This document shows positions 25,057 to 36,810 of a stretch of DNA of 64,000 bases, in pieces. The position numbers were made by a program, and so were the translations under genes. The stretch is from Octopus bimaculoides. Taxonomy: Eukaryota. The stretch covers positions 43,980,406 to 44,044,405 of the forward strand of contig NC_068996.1 of the NCBI RefSeq assembly GCF_001194135.2, read 5' to 3'. Position 1 is the stretch's first letter, and every line of letters starts with the position of its first letter. The notes below the pieces were generated by a model that searched no databases, was not told where the DNA came from, and saw nothing but the letters and a program-made list of their open reading frames with translations.

Positions 25057-25984
25057 TCTTTTCTTTCTCTTTTTAATTTAGGGTAAATTTTGTTCGGTTG
25101 AGAAAGAAAGCATCTTGTTTTAGCCATCATCCTTTAAATCTTAAGAAGGTATTGCAGACTTTTATGTATGTATGTATGTATGTATGTATGTATGTATGTA
25201 TGTATGTATGTATATATGCATGTATGCATGTATGCATGTATGTATGTATATATATGTGTGTATGTATGTATGTATGTATGTATGTATGTATGTATATATG
25301 CATGTATGCATGTATGTATNNNNNNNNNNNNNNNNNNNNNNNNNNNNNNNNNNNNNNNNNNNNNNNNNNNNNNNNNNNNNNNNNNNNNNNNNNNNNNNNN
25401 NNNNNNNNNNNNNNNNNNNNNNNNNNNNNNNNNNNNNNNNNNNNNNNNNNNNNNNNNNNNNNNNNNNNNNNNNNNNNNNNNNNNNNNNNNNNNNNNNNNN
25501 NNNNNNNNNNNNNNNNNNNNNNNNNNNNNNNNNNNNNNNNNNNNNNNNNNNNNNNNNNNNNNNNNNNNNNNNNNNNNNNNNNNNNNNNNNNNNNNNNNNN
25601 NNNNNNNNNNNNNNNNNNNNNNNNNNNNNNNNNNNNNNNNNNNNNNNNNNNNNNNNNNNNNNNNNNNNNNNNNNNNNNNNNNNNNNNNNNNNNNNNNNNN
25701 NNNNNNNNNNNNNNNNNNNNNNNNNNNNNNNNNNNNNNNNNNNNNNNNNNNNNNNNCTTAGAAAATAAGCCACTCTTATTTTACACCTTTTTGGGGGGTT
25801 TTTTTTGAATATTTCCACAGATTGCGGAATTTGTTGTGAAACATGACATAAATTAGAAAAACAAAAATTAAATTAGAAAAATGGAAGAAACAGACAACAC
25901 ATTTGAAAAAATTACCAAACATTAAACACACACACACACACACACAAAAGCAATTCATCACCTTAAGTTGAAAATTTGGGGTCG

Positions 25985-26955
25985 CTGGGAAACCTCTCTA
26001 ATGACCACTGAGGCAGGCTACCATGCTTGCAGCGTTGCCGCGGGTGATGGCGAAGCTGATGTGCTGGAACAACCAAGCGCCCTCACGAGCTTCACCAGTC
26101 ACCTCTGCTAGGCGAGCTGCTAGTGAAGACAGGAATCTCTCAGTCAGTGGTCCGACCCCACCAAACGTCTCGAATGCCACAGGATAGAAAATGTAAATGG
26201 CCGACAGATTGCGGCACTTCAGGATTTTGTTCCATTCGGCCGCAGAAGTTGTGGATCTCGCCCTGGCCGCAGCATCCATGATGTGAGAAGAAGCAAAGGA
26301 GTCGTTAATTACAAAGTCCCAGACAGAGCATTTGCCTCTCAACCAAGGGGCACAGGATGAGGCCGTCAGATCTTTTCCCATCACATCTGGACAACCCATA
26401 TGGTTCCAAGATGGAGGGAATATTTGCCCGGGCCAAGCTCCTCTCGAGCCTAAAGCTCAACTCCGTATGACGCGCGAAGCGATCAGCATTCAAGTGGAAA
26501 GTAAGACCATGGAAGCCTGTGGAATCGAGGAGGTTGCCACAACGACAGCTCAAACCCATGCATACGTGAGCTCTAAGGACAATGGAGACACGAAGTTCGT
26601 CCAAGCTGAGTAGGCCACCAACGTTAACCACAGGGATGGCATCAATCCAGTCACCCGAGTATTTGACGCTAGCAAACAATAAGCGGCACCTTGAAAACTG
26701 GTCCGACTAGATGAAGAGGGAGTCGAAAATGGCCTTCGAAATTATGTTGTCCCAAGCTCTCTGACTCCAACAGTCCTCCACCTTCTCAGGAGCAGACAAG
26801 CCCAATTCCCTCCAATGTTGGAGAGCTTCATCCAAGTCCCTGTTGGAACTAGTCCATATTGGAGAGGAGAGGATGTTGCTCACCAGGGTGGAGCAGGCGT
26901 GAGTAGAGGAAATGAAGCAAGAGACAGAGAGGAGCGAACACTTACGAAGACCAAG
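25985..26955 (-). mobile_element. CRE-clade (RLE-type) non-LTR retrotransposon 3' fragment, frameshifted
   Basis: Minus-strand frames give SGDWIDAIP...LDELRVSIVLR..CRCG...GFHGLT...RH...SLARANIPSILEPYGLSRCDGKRSDG, then GKCSVWDF...F.PVAFETFGGVG...ISFAITRGNAA. This is the zinc-knuckle plus restriction-like endonuclease C-terminus typical of CRE-clade elements. Confidence 0.8.
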
Positions 26956-27091
26956 ACCCCCAAATCTGAGTTCAAATTCCGCCGAGGTCGACTTTGCCTT
27001 TCATCCTTTTGGGGTCGATGAAATAAATACCAGTCGAATACTGGGCTCAATGAAATCGACTATCCCTTTCCTTGTGTCTATAGTAGAAAGG

Positions 27092-27145
<54 letters not shown>

Positions 27146-27966
27146 TTTGTTGTTGTTGTTTAATGAGTTGGCGAGCGGGCGGAATCGTTCCTGTGCCGTG
27201 CAAAATGCTTAGCTGCATTTCGTCCNNNNNNNNNNNNNNNNNNNNNNNNNNNNNNNNNNNNNNNNNNNNNNNNNNNNNNNNNNNNNNNNNNNNNNNAGTA
27301 ACTTTGTCTTTCATATTTCGGGGTCGATAAAATAAGCACCAGCTGGGGACAGGGGTCGACATATTTAATTTACCTTTCAATATTTAATAGTTTATCAGCA
27401 ACGTTATTTTCATCTCTTTTCTTTTTTTTTTCTATTTCATTCGTTTCACTCTTACTATCACTTTAATTTCCGATCTTAATTTTCGATAGTTTCCAACTAT
27501 TATTTGTTCGGGTCATATTTAACTGAGCTAGTTACTTAAATTTAGTTTGTTTTTATATTTTAACTACAAATAGACCTCTGAATAGTTTTCTACCAACATA
27601 TGGCCTATCGAGTGATCAGTCGATAGCAACACTTGGCTAACGAATGTATATGAATTACAATGTTAAGGAGTAACGAAGGTAATATGACAGAAATTGTAGA
27701 CAATACTGGTTAATTACTTACACCTAGGAACTTTGAAAATGGCATTGACAGATAGTATTTAAAGGGAAAGTATATAAATAATAATCACTGGAAAAAGAAA
27801 AAACCATTTTCTAAGAATTTATATAAAGCATTGTATTCTTAACAGTCTTTTTACAATGGACGTAAGATAAAAATCTTTCAGAAGGAATTTTTAAGGGAGG
27901 AGGGGGTTTGTTTCGAAGGGAGATAACTCAGCTTCTTCTGTAAAACGCTTTCAAAATTTCAATATC

Positions 27967-28200
27967 AGGCGGCGAGCTGGCAGAAACGTTAGCACAGCGG
28001 GCGAAATGCTTAGCGGTATTTCGTCTGCCGTTACGTTCTGAGTTCAAACTCCTCCGAGGTCGACTTTGCCTTTCATCCTTTCGGGGTCAATTAAATAAGT
28101 ACCAGTTACGCACTGAGTTCGATGTAATCGACTTAGACCCCTTGTCTGTACTTGTTTGTCCCCTCTAAGTCTAGCCCCCTGTGGGCAATAAAGAAATAAA
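27967..28200 (+). mobile_element. SINE, family A, near-consensus copy
   Basis: AGGCGGCGAGCTGGCAGAAACGTTAG...CTGAGTTCAAA (tRNA head), GAGGTCGACTTTGCCTTTCATCCTTTCGGGGTC..TAAATAAGTACCAG (resembles a conserved SINE central domain), tail GGGCAATAAAGAAATAA. Confidence 0.9.
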
Positions 28201-28726
28201 AGAAATGAATATTAGCCAAAAAAAAATAATAATAAATAAAGAAATAATAATAAGATATAAATAAAACGAGATTTTTTTGTTTTATATTCATATAGATTAA
28301 ATAATAATGGTTTCAAATTTTGGCACAAGACCAGCAATTTTGGAGTAAGGGGCTAGTTGATTATAGTGTTCAACTGGTACTTATTTTATCGACCCCAAAA
28401 TAAGGATGAAAGGCAGAGTCAGCATCGGTGGAATTTGAACTCAGAACTTGAAGACGGATAAAAATCCTCTGTATTTTGCTCAATGGGCTAACGATTCTGC
28501 CAGCTCATTGTCTTTAAGCTATTAAATATTAAAACACTAGCATATCCGTGTCGTCAAAAATGCCGACAGTTCCGTTAATGATAGAAAATGGCGCATCAAC
28601 ACAAATGGGGGAAACCATTGATAAATGTCAGCAATCTAATAAATATATGCACAAAGACAGAATTGATGCACTTGAAGAATCAGATACGGTTGTAATGTAT
28701 TGGTTGAATATATATATATATAAATA

Positions 28727-29011
28727 TAAAGAATAAAAAGTTTTGAATGGTACCACAATGCACTATAAAACAAAAAATGAACTATATACCTGTTGTAATT
28801 TGGTTATCTATAGTCCAATGATATTTCGGAATTACAATTCCTTCTTCAGATCTTCTTAGTTTATAGCAGCGGCTCCATCTAAGAATATCTGAAGAAGGAA
28901 TTGTAATTCCGAAATATCATCGGACTATAGTTAACTAAATTACAACAGGTATATAGTCCATTTTTTGTTCTATAGTGCATTGTTGTACCATTCTAAACTT
29001 TTTATTCTTTA
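28727..29011. repeat. Fold-back element (~133-bp arms) with hammerhead-like core, Penelope-like
   Basis: Arms 28727-28859 and 28879-29011 are reverse complements with few mismatches. The right arm has CTGAAGA-A-GGAAT(tgta)ATTCC-GAAAT-ATC-ATC at 28889-28921. Confidence 0.75.
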
Positions 29012-29150
29012 CAAACAATACACAATGCTTCAAGCAAACTACAATACTCTGCTATATATAAATATATATAAATGTAGGTATACATGCGATGGTCTTTGGT
29101 TAATAGCGTCAATTTTGACAATTCTGTAAATAACAATAATATTTTATACG

Positions 29151-29346
29151 CTTAAAGCTTATAAGTAATCACTATGCAATGACTAAAGAAAATAGTCTAA
29201 TAATGAGGCATATAAGCCCTCAATGTATAAAAGTAGTGAGAACCCTATGCATACGAGAACCCTACTTTTTTGATTGAAGGCTTAAATGCCTCATTATTAG
29301 ACTATTTTCTTTAGTCATTGGATGGTGATCGTTTATAAGCTTTAAG
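29151..29346. repeat. Fold-back element (~74-bp arms, ~48-bp spacer)
   Basis: CTTAAAGCTTATAAG...CAATGACTAAAGAAAATAGTCTAATAATGAGGCAT..AAGCC.TCAAT versus its reverse complement at 29273-29346. Confidence 0.85.
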
Positions 29347-29402
29347 CTTCTAAGATATTATATATTTTTATATATGTGTGTGTGTGTGTATGTATACACA
29401 CA

Positions 29403-29865
29403 CAGTAATCACTCGCTATATCAGAGCTCACCTATCGCACCCTCAGTATAATTTTCTGGCTAATATATGTAAATTTATATCATGGGTTTCTGCGGCCAAC
29501 AGATATTTAATTTTTGTTTTTTTACTTTAATTATTTCTTTGGTAAAACAAGCATTTTCATGCCTAAAAATTAAAAAATTAATAAATGAAAACAGAGTACA
29601 GTATAACACATAAATTAAAATATATTAAAAGAAAAAACGTAGTACACTGTAGATGAATAAACAAAGAATCGCACATACTGTATGGAAAACGAAACTCGGG
29701 AGGTGGGTGTGTGGTGTTGTTTTGCATTTATAATAAAATAAATATATACAAATTATAAAAATAATTCCAAAAAATATACAGTACAGTATTGTTTCTACTT
29801 CATGGATTTTCATGTATGACAGTGGGTCTTTGAATATAACACTCATGATAGTTGAGGAGTTACTG
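29403..29865. mobile_element. Tigger/pogo-like MITE, longer copy
   Basis: CAGTAATCACTCG...TTGAGGAGTTACTG|TA; the 3' part is the reverse complement of the 5019/6434 MITE body. Confidence 0.65.
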
Positions 29866-29869
29866 TATA

Positions 29870-29900
<31 letters not shown>

Positions 29901-30719
29901 CATTCACATAACATTTGTATATAGGCTATGTGAACAATAATATTTTGCAAACAAAAATGTTTAATGTTTAATTTCATATGTATATATTTATATATCTGTG
30001 TGAGTGTGTATGAAACTGATAAACCAAATACAATTTATGATAAAAAATCTACTGTTTTATTTTGATTATAATATCAGCATCTTTAGAGCAAAACTCTTGA
30101 AAGATTTCCGCCTACTTTACTGCCTCTGACTCTCATTCACTCCCACTTTGTTGTTTTTCTCTTCTTTCCCTCTAGTGTGACTGACAGGTCACACACTGAG
30201 TTTTATTGTAAGATTATTGAAGGTGGCCACAAATGAGCAGACTACTGGCCCTGAATACCTTATTGAGATGATTCTCAATCATTTTGTATTCTGTGGCTCC
30301 ACATGTCTACGTTAGAGGTTTCAGCTTTATAATTTTATGCCACATAAGCCTATGAAAATAGTAGTATAGGAAGATTCAAAAGGTTTACAAGATAGCAATT
30401 ACCCACTTAAAGAACCCCCCCCCCCGTCAGACACACACTACCAGAATAGTTCCATTAACAATGTCCTCTTAAGCAATTCCAGCAACCTTCGACTGAAGGG
30501 AGCTCACTTTGGTAACCAGTGATGTTCTAATTAGAAGGTCTTAAGTTAAATTAGCTTCAGTTTAGCATCCCTACCTCTGTCCAATAGTCAACAGGTAACA
30601 CAAAATAACTAAAAGCCAAATACATTTTCAATTTCTGTGAGAGTTTTTGATGTGATTTTTTTTAAAAAGGAGACTTCAAGTTTTATATTGCTTAAGGTTT
30701 CACCAAATTTAAATCCAGG

Positions 30720-30937
30720 CCGTTGCCAGTACTGCCTGACTGGCCTTCGTGCAGGTGACACGTAAAAGCACCCACTACACACTCTGAGTGGTTGGCGTTA
30801 GGAAGGGCATCCAGCTGTAGAAACTCTGCCAAATCAGATTGGAGCCTGGTGTTGCCATCCGGTTTCACCAGTCCTCAGTCAAATCGTCCAACCCATGCTA
30901 GCATGGAAAGCGGACGTTAAACGATGATGATGATGAT
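30720..30937 (+). mobile_element. SINE-like repeat, family C
   Basis: GGCCGTTGCCAGTACTGCC...TTAGGAAGGGCATCCAGCTGTAGAAAC...GGACGTTAAACGATGATGATG. Confidence 0.85.
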
Positions 30938-31461
30938 ACATGCACATCTTTCTATACTAGCGCTGGTTTAATCATTAAGCAAAAATAAGCACATTCTTCG
31001 GGTATCATGAGGAGGTAGGACACCACAGAAATGGTAAATGGTTTACAGCACAAAAGAAATCACTTTGAACTTGCTAAAATAATCTTAAAAGTCGTTTATG
31101 TGATCTGAAATATAATTTCAAAGTATTCATGGTGTCATAGTGAAGATCTGATCGAAGCCTTTNNNNNNNNNNNNNNNNNNNNNNNNNNNNNNNNNNNNNN
31201 NNNNNNNNNNNNNNNNNNNNNNNNNNNNNNNNNNNNNNNNNNNNNNNNNNNNNNNNNNNNNNNNNNNNNNNNNNNNNNNNNNNNNNNNNNNNNNNNNNNN
31301 NNNNNNNNNNNNNNNNNNNNNNNNNNNNNNNNNNNNNNNNNNNNNNNNNNNNNNNNNNNNNNNNNNNNNNNNNNNNNNNNNNNNNNNNNNNNNNNNNNNN
31401 NNNNNNNNNNNNNNNNNNNNNNNNNNNNNNNNNNNNNNNNNNNNNNNNNNNNNNNNNNNNN

Positions 31462-31498
<37 letters not shown>

Positions 31499-31504
31499 GA
31501 GAGA

Positions 31505-31690
31505 GAGAGAGAGAATTCACAAAAAAACACACATGAAGACAGGTGGTGTAGAAAACAAACAGATGTATTAGTATAACGCTCGGGAATTGAGAAAGTCTTT
31601 AATGTTTCGAGCCTAAGCTCTTCCACAGAAACGAACACAGGAAGAAACAAGGAGAGAAAAAAGATTTGTGTAGTGGTTAGCAATGGGGCG
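31505..31690 (-). repeat. Dispersed repeat with degenerate hammerhead-like motif
   Basis: Minus strand 31595-31628 reads CTGTGGA-A-GAGC(ttag)GCTC-GAAAC; a homologous, more diverged copy is at about 62650-62800. Confidence 0.45.
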
Positions 31691-31936
31691 GTGGGGGGAG
31701 CACCAAAATCTTTCAAATGCTTAGGGCCTCTATGGGTCTTAATCAAGCCTTCTCTCACATACATTCTCATATTCTCTCTCTCTCTCTCTCCTCTTCTCCC
31801 CCTTCTCTCTCTATTTCATATACGCACCTCACATCAATATATGTATTTGTACGTTAAATATCAATATACTGAAATAATTGTGCTTTTTTTTTTCTTTCTC
31901 TCCTTTTTTTTTTGTGTTATCCAGAAATTGGAAACA

Positions 31937-32234
31937 ATGCATCTAAAATTGATAACATCTCTCTTGGTGATTAGCCTGTGGGCATGTGCCCCTGCACATT
32001 CCACATACAATGCAGTATTGGACAGAATTATGCGTCTAGCAGAATTCAGGGATATGGAGGAGAACCCGGCTTCATATATTGATGACGACCGTTCAGCCAG
32101 CAGGAAGAACTGGTTAAATTCTCCGTCAGACTCGAATTTAGATTTAAGTTACCGTGATTTCCTTGGTGCAACCAACCAGCGGGATGAAGAATACCTTCCT
32201 GAAAATACCCTTTGGGGTTATCAGTTCATTTCAG
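31937..32234 (+). CDS. SCG5: Neuroendocrine protein 7B2 (secretogranin V), coding exon 1
   Basis: Polypyrimidine tract and CAG acceptor at 31924; ACAATG start. Signal peptide MHLKLITSLLVISLWACAPAHS and conserved RDEEYLPENTLWGYQFISG (cf. 7B2 RDxEYLxHSxLWGxQxxSG). Donor G|GTAAGA, phase 1. Confidence 0.9.
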
Positions 32235-34363
32235 GTAAGAATATAATATCTTCTATGTTTTGTCTTTTACTTGTTACAGTCATTGGACTGCAGCCATGCT
32301 GGGGCACCACCTTGAGGAGTTTTGGTGAATGAATTGACCCCAGTACTTATTCTGTCAGTCTCTCCTTTGCTGGATCACTAAGTTGTAGGGGTGTTAATAT
32401 ATACACATGCAAATATATATTATCACACACACACACATGCATGCATGCATACACGCACACACACACACACACACACACAGATACACACACACACACAGAT
32501 GATGGGTTTCTACCATTTGAGCGTGGCCGTTGCCAATACTGCCTGACTGGCCCTCGTGCCAGTGGCATGTAAAAGCACCCACTACACTCTCAGAGTGGTT
32601 GGTGTTAGGAAAGGCATCCAGCTGTAGAAACTCTGCCAGATCAGATTGAAGCCTGGTGTAGCCATCTGGTTTCACCAGTCCTCAGTCAAATCGTCCAACC
32701 CATGCTAGCATGGAAAGCAGACGTTAAACAATGATGATGATGTTGATTATAATGAACTTCATCTTTCATGCTTCCAGGGTCGATGAAATAAAGTAACAGT
32801 TAAATATTGGACTAGATTTATATTGCTTTAAAGCATCCGATATGTAAATGGAATTATTCTGATGGTTTTATTACAGTGAATAAGCCTTAAAATTATGAAT
32901 TATTAGGTAGCTTTTAATAAGATGAAATGGTCACGAATGGAGTGCCTTTCAAGGTCTGCTTCATTAGTGTTGATCTAGGGCTAATTAACAGGACATCCAA
33001 GGGGGCTTTTATGTATCACTCATGTATCACCTGCTAGAAACAGCAAGTAAATCTCATACAAATCGAACCCACCAACCATCTTAGAAAAGGATTCGTTGAA
33101 TAAAGTCATTCTGGGTTTCCTGTACGTAGGAAGAAATCTTGATGGGCATAACTGCCCAGTTAGAGTTGACCTGGGGTTAATTAACAGCAGCAGCAACAAC
33201 AAAGATATTTAAAAGAATAAAAATTAAAGAAACACCAAATAAATAATATTGTAGGAGGAAAAATCTAAGAATGCACATGGGAAAATATGCACAAATCATT
33301 TTATTAAAACAGATATAAGCTGATAAATTTTTTAAAAAGTCTTGTTCTTTTTTCGTTTTGTGTTATGCATGTCGTTTTTCGAGTTGTCTTGGAATCAGTT
33401 ACTGACCAAGTTGAGGTGTGACTGTATATGTACATTTTCTTTAAAATGTTCCCAGCATTTCAGATAAATAAATTTAATTAAGTAGTGGCTGTGTGGTAAG
33501 TAGCTTGCTTACCAGCCACATGGTTCCGGGTTCATTCCCACTGCGTGGCACCTTGGGCAAGTGTCTTCTACTATAGCCTCGGGCCGACCAAAGCCTTGTG
33601 AGTGGATTTGGTAGACGGAAACTGAAAGAAGCCCGTCGTATATATATATATATNNNNNNNNNNNNNNNNNNNNNNNNNNNNNNNNNNNNNNNNNNNNNNN
33701 NNNNNNNNNNNNNNNNNNNNNNNNNNNNNNNNNNNNNNNNNNNNNNNNNNNNNNNNNNNNNNNNNNNNNNNNNNNNNNNNNNNNNNNNNNNNNNNNNNNN
33801 NNNNNNNNNNNNNNNNNNNNNNNNNNNNNNNNNNNNNNNNNNNNNNNNNNNNNNNNNNNNNNNNNNNNNNNNNNNNNNNNNNNNNNNNNNNNNNNNNNNN
33901 NNNNNNNNNNNNNNNNNNNNNNNNNNNNNNNNNNNNNNNNNNNNNNNNNNNNNNNNNNNNNNNNNNNNNNNNNNNNNNNNNNNNNNNNNNNNNNNNNNNN
34001 NNNNNNNNNNNNNNNNNNNNNNNNNNNNNNNNNNNNNNNNNNNNNNNNNNNNNNNNNNNNNNNNNNNNNNNNNNNNNNNNNNNNNNNNNNNNNNNNNNNN
34101 NNNNNNNNNNNNNNNNNNNNNNNNNNNNNNNNNNNNNNNNNNNNNNNNNNNNNNNNNNNNNNNNNNNNNNNNNNNNNNNNNNNNNNNNNNNNNNNNNNNN
34201 NNNNNNNNNNNAGGGATCATAAACAAACCAACACCAGATGTTGTACGGTGGAAACACTCACACACGCACTTATTTAACTTTGGTGATGTAAACAGGAAAA
34301 TAACGCAAAACAACTATATTTTATTAATAATTTCTGCTGGCTATTTATAATATAATATGTTAT

Positions 34364-34560
34364 AACAAGTAGAAATATAAATTTTATTCAACGCATAGAT
34401 ACTGAACAGTATAGATATAAAGGATAAAATCCATTTTTCTTTATAAAAGCAGAAAAATTTTTCGGCAGCCAGCTTTTAAAAAGAAAAAAAAGGATTTTAT
34501 CCTTTATATCTATACTGTTCAGTATCTATGCGTTGAATAAAATTCATCTTTCTACTTGTT
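34364..34560. repeat. Fold-back element (~69-bp arms)
   Basis: AACAAGTAGAAA...ATTTTATTCAACGCATAGATACTGAACAGTATAGATATAAAGGATAAAATCC versus its reverse complement at 34491-34560. Confidence 0.9.
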
Positions 34561-36169
34561 CTACCATACATTTCAGCGCTTCCAAAAAATTTTTTTTCGT
34601 TTACATACGGCATAATATGTTATATTATAAATAATTGCTTGAAGTTAATCAACTCAGATATATATTAGAAGACACCCAAAATATCCCACAGTGGGACTGA
34701 ACCCGGAACCATGCGTTTGGGAAGCAAACTTCTTACCACACAACCACGTCTGGGACAATGTAGAACTACCTGATCTTAACTGCCCTTCTCCTCTTTTTTT
34801 TTTTTTTTTTTTTTAATGACTATGCGGTGTGTGCGTGATTTGACGGAGATTTTATTTTGATTAAATGTAGTCATTATGTAAAGATATACACTTGTTAGGT
34901 CACTAACACGCACGCACATATACATAACGCAGCAGGGTGTGATTTGAGAAAGATCAGGTAACAAAGAATAATTGTACTATGCAGACAATTCAGACTAAGA
35001 TTAATTTGGTCTTTAATGCCAATTAGTGAGACTTACGAATACGTTTCGGTCTTGTTAGTTAATTCATTTTTTTTTTCCTTTTTTAAATATCAACAAAACA
35101 CAATAACAACGACAATAATAACTACTGCTGTTGCTACTACTACCACTATTACTATTACTACTACAAATATTACTACCACCATACTGCTAAAACCACGACC
35201 ACCACCGCCACCACGACCGCCACCGCCACCACCGCCACAACCACCACCGCCGCCNNNNNNNNNNNNNNNNNNNNNNNNNNNNNNNNNNNNNNNNNNNNNN
35301 NNNNNNNNNNNNNNNNNNNNNNNNNNNNNNNNNNNNNNNNNNNNNNNNNNNNNNNNNCTACTACTAGTTTCATTAATTAGCCACAATTAGTCAATGGGCT
35401 TTGTAACTCCATCCTCAATTATTAAGTCATATTGGATCTTGGTTCTTGTTAAAATTCTTCCAATGACTTGAATTATTTCAAATTTTCACTTTTTGTGGGT
35501 TTTTTTTTTTTTCAAATTTTGTACACTGATGTAGTTTTGCATGCTGATGATGGAAATCACATTCATTTTGTTTCCCTCTCTGTTAGGAGGCACAAGCACT
35601 TACGCACACGACGGGAACTTCTGTCTCCCAAATTCAATGACAAGGCTTCGGTCGGTCTGAGGCTATTGCAGAAAACATTCATTTCTAGAAGTTAATACAA
35701 GACGACATGATGGTGGAACAATGAAACAGACAATGCTATGAAAACAAAAGGACAAACTTATAAAGACTAGTAAAATGGTGGTAACAGAGAATTATATCAA
35801 GTAACCAGAAGGGAAGCTTGGTAGCAGGTTTACACAGTAAGGGGAAGGGCAGAAAGTAGATTTGTTAATGTTCTACCGCATGAGGATAAGAGAGAGGTGT
35901 GAGATGTTCTAGATTGCAAGATAAATGCTTGAAAGAATTTTAAAAAGAGCCATCAGATTTGTATGGAATGGTTAGGGGGAGATGCAGCTTAATTATAAAA
36001 GTACTTTTTTACCTGACGAGAATGTTTGTAACAGAATGGATTTCAGGTAAACATTTGATGACTGTAAACAAATCATCTGGATTAATTGTTCAGCAAGAAA
36101 TTGTGGAATTGTCTCTTGCAGACTTGAGAGATAACCATTATTATTACATATTCATTATTATTATTATTA

Positions 36170-36810
36170 GGGCAGCAAGCTGGCAGAATCGTTAGCACGC
36201 CAGGCGAAATGCTTAGCAGTATTTCATCTGCAGCTACGTTCTGAGTTCAAATTCCGTCGAGGTCGACTTTGCCTTTCATCTGTCGGTGATAGGGCCACCA
36301 TCATTGGGTAACCCTATCCCATACAAATCAATTCTCTTCAATAAAAACGAAAACGCTGGATAAATTGAATAACAGCATAACAAATATTTATTATGAGATA
36401 CTCAGCCTACATCTCGAGTGACGGAATTGCCAGGACGCCCTTTATGGTTGGTGTGAAGACGGTGTCGATGCTGGTTGATTAAATCATTCTTCAACCTCAG
36501 TTAGTGTAGACTCAAAAGTAAAGTTATGGAGCGGCTCTTAGGGACCTCGTGTCTTCTCAAATGCGCAGCGCTAAGAGGTTGAGAAAAGACGGGAACACTT
36601 TGATATAGGATGACCTCGCATGTGCATGAGGGACTTCCTGCATGCCTTCTGGAAGACATGTCCCTGCGCATGCGTGGACGAACTTCCCAAAATGGCGACA
36701 CATCCATTCAGGGTTGATGAATTAAGTACCAGTTGAGTACTGGGGTCGATCTAATCCATTCAGCCCTCCCCCAAATTTCAAGCCTTGTGCCTATAGTAGA
36801 AAGGATTATT
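36170..36810 (+). mobile_element. SINE, family A, interrupted by a solo LTR
   Basis: The SINE reads ...GTCGACTTTGCCTTTCATC|insert|CATCCATTCAGGGTTGATGAATTAAGTACCAG... Confidence 0.8.
36281..36700 (-). mobile_element. Solo LTR (420 bp), probably Gypsy-type
   Basis: Termini TGTCG...CGACA (TG...CA with a 5-bp inverted repeat); exact 4-bp TSD CATC (36277-36280, 36701-36704). AATAAA on the minus strand near 36390 suggests the orientation. Confidence 0.75.

Noticed and set aside
30176-30594. Strong-looking acceptor at 30175 and donor CAG|GTAACA at 30594 in intron 1
   Set aside because: The segment would add upstream ATGs and stops to the 5' UTR; no other support. Such sites occur by chance in large introns.
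35090-35390. Poly-Thr/poly-Pro ORF (TTTT...PPPP)
   Set aside because: (ACT)n/(CCA)n microsatellite running into a gap, with no splice context.
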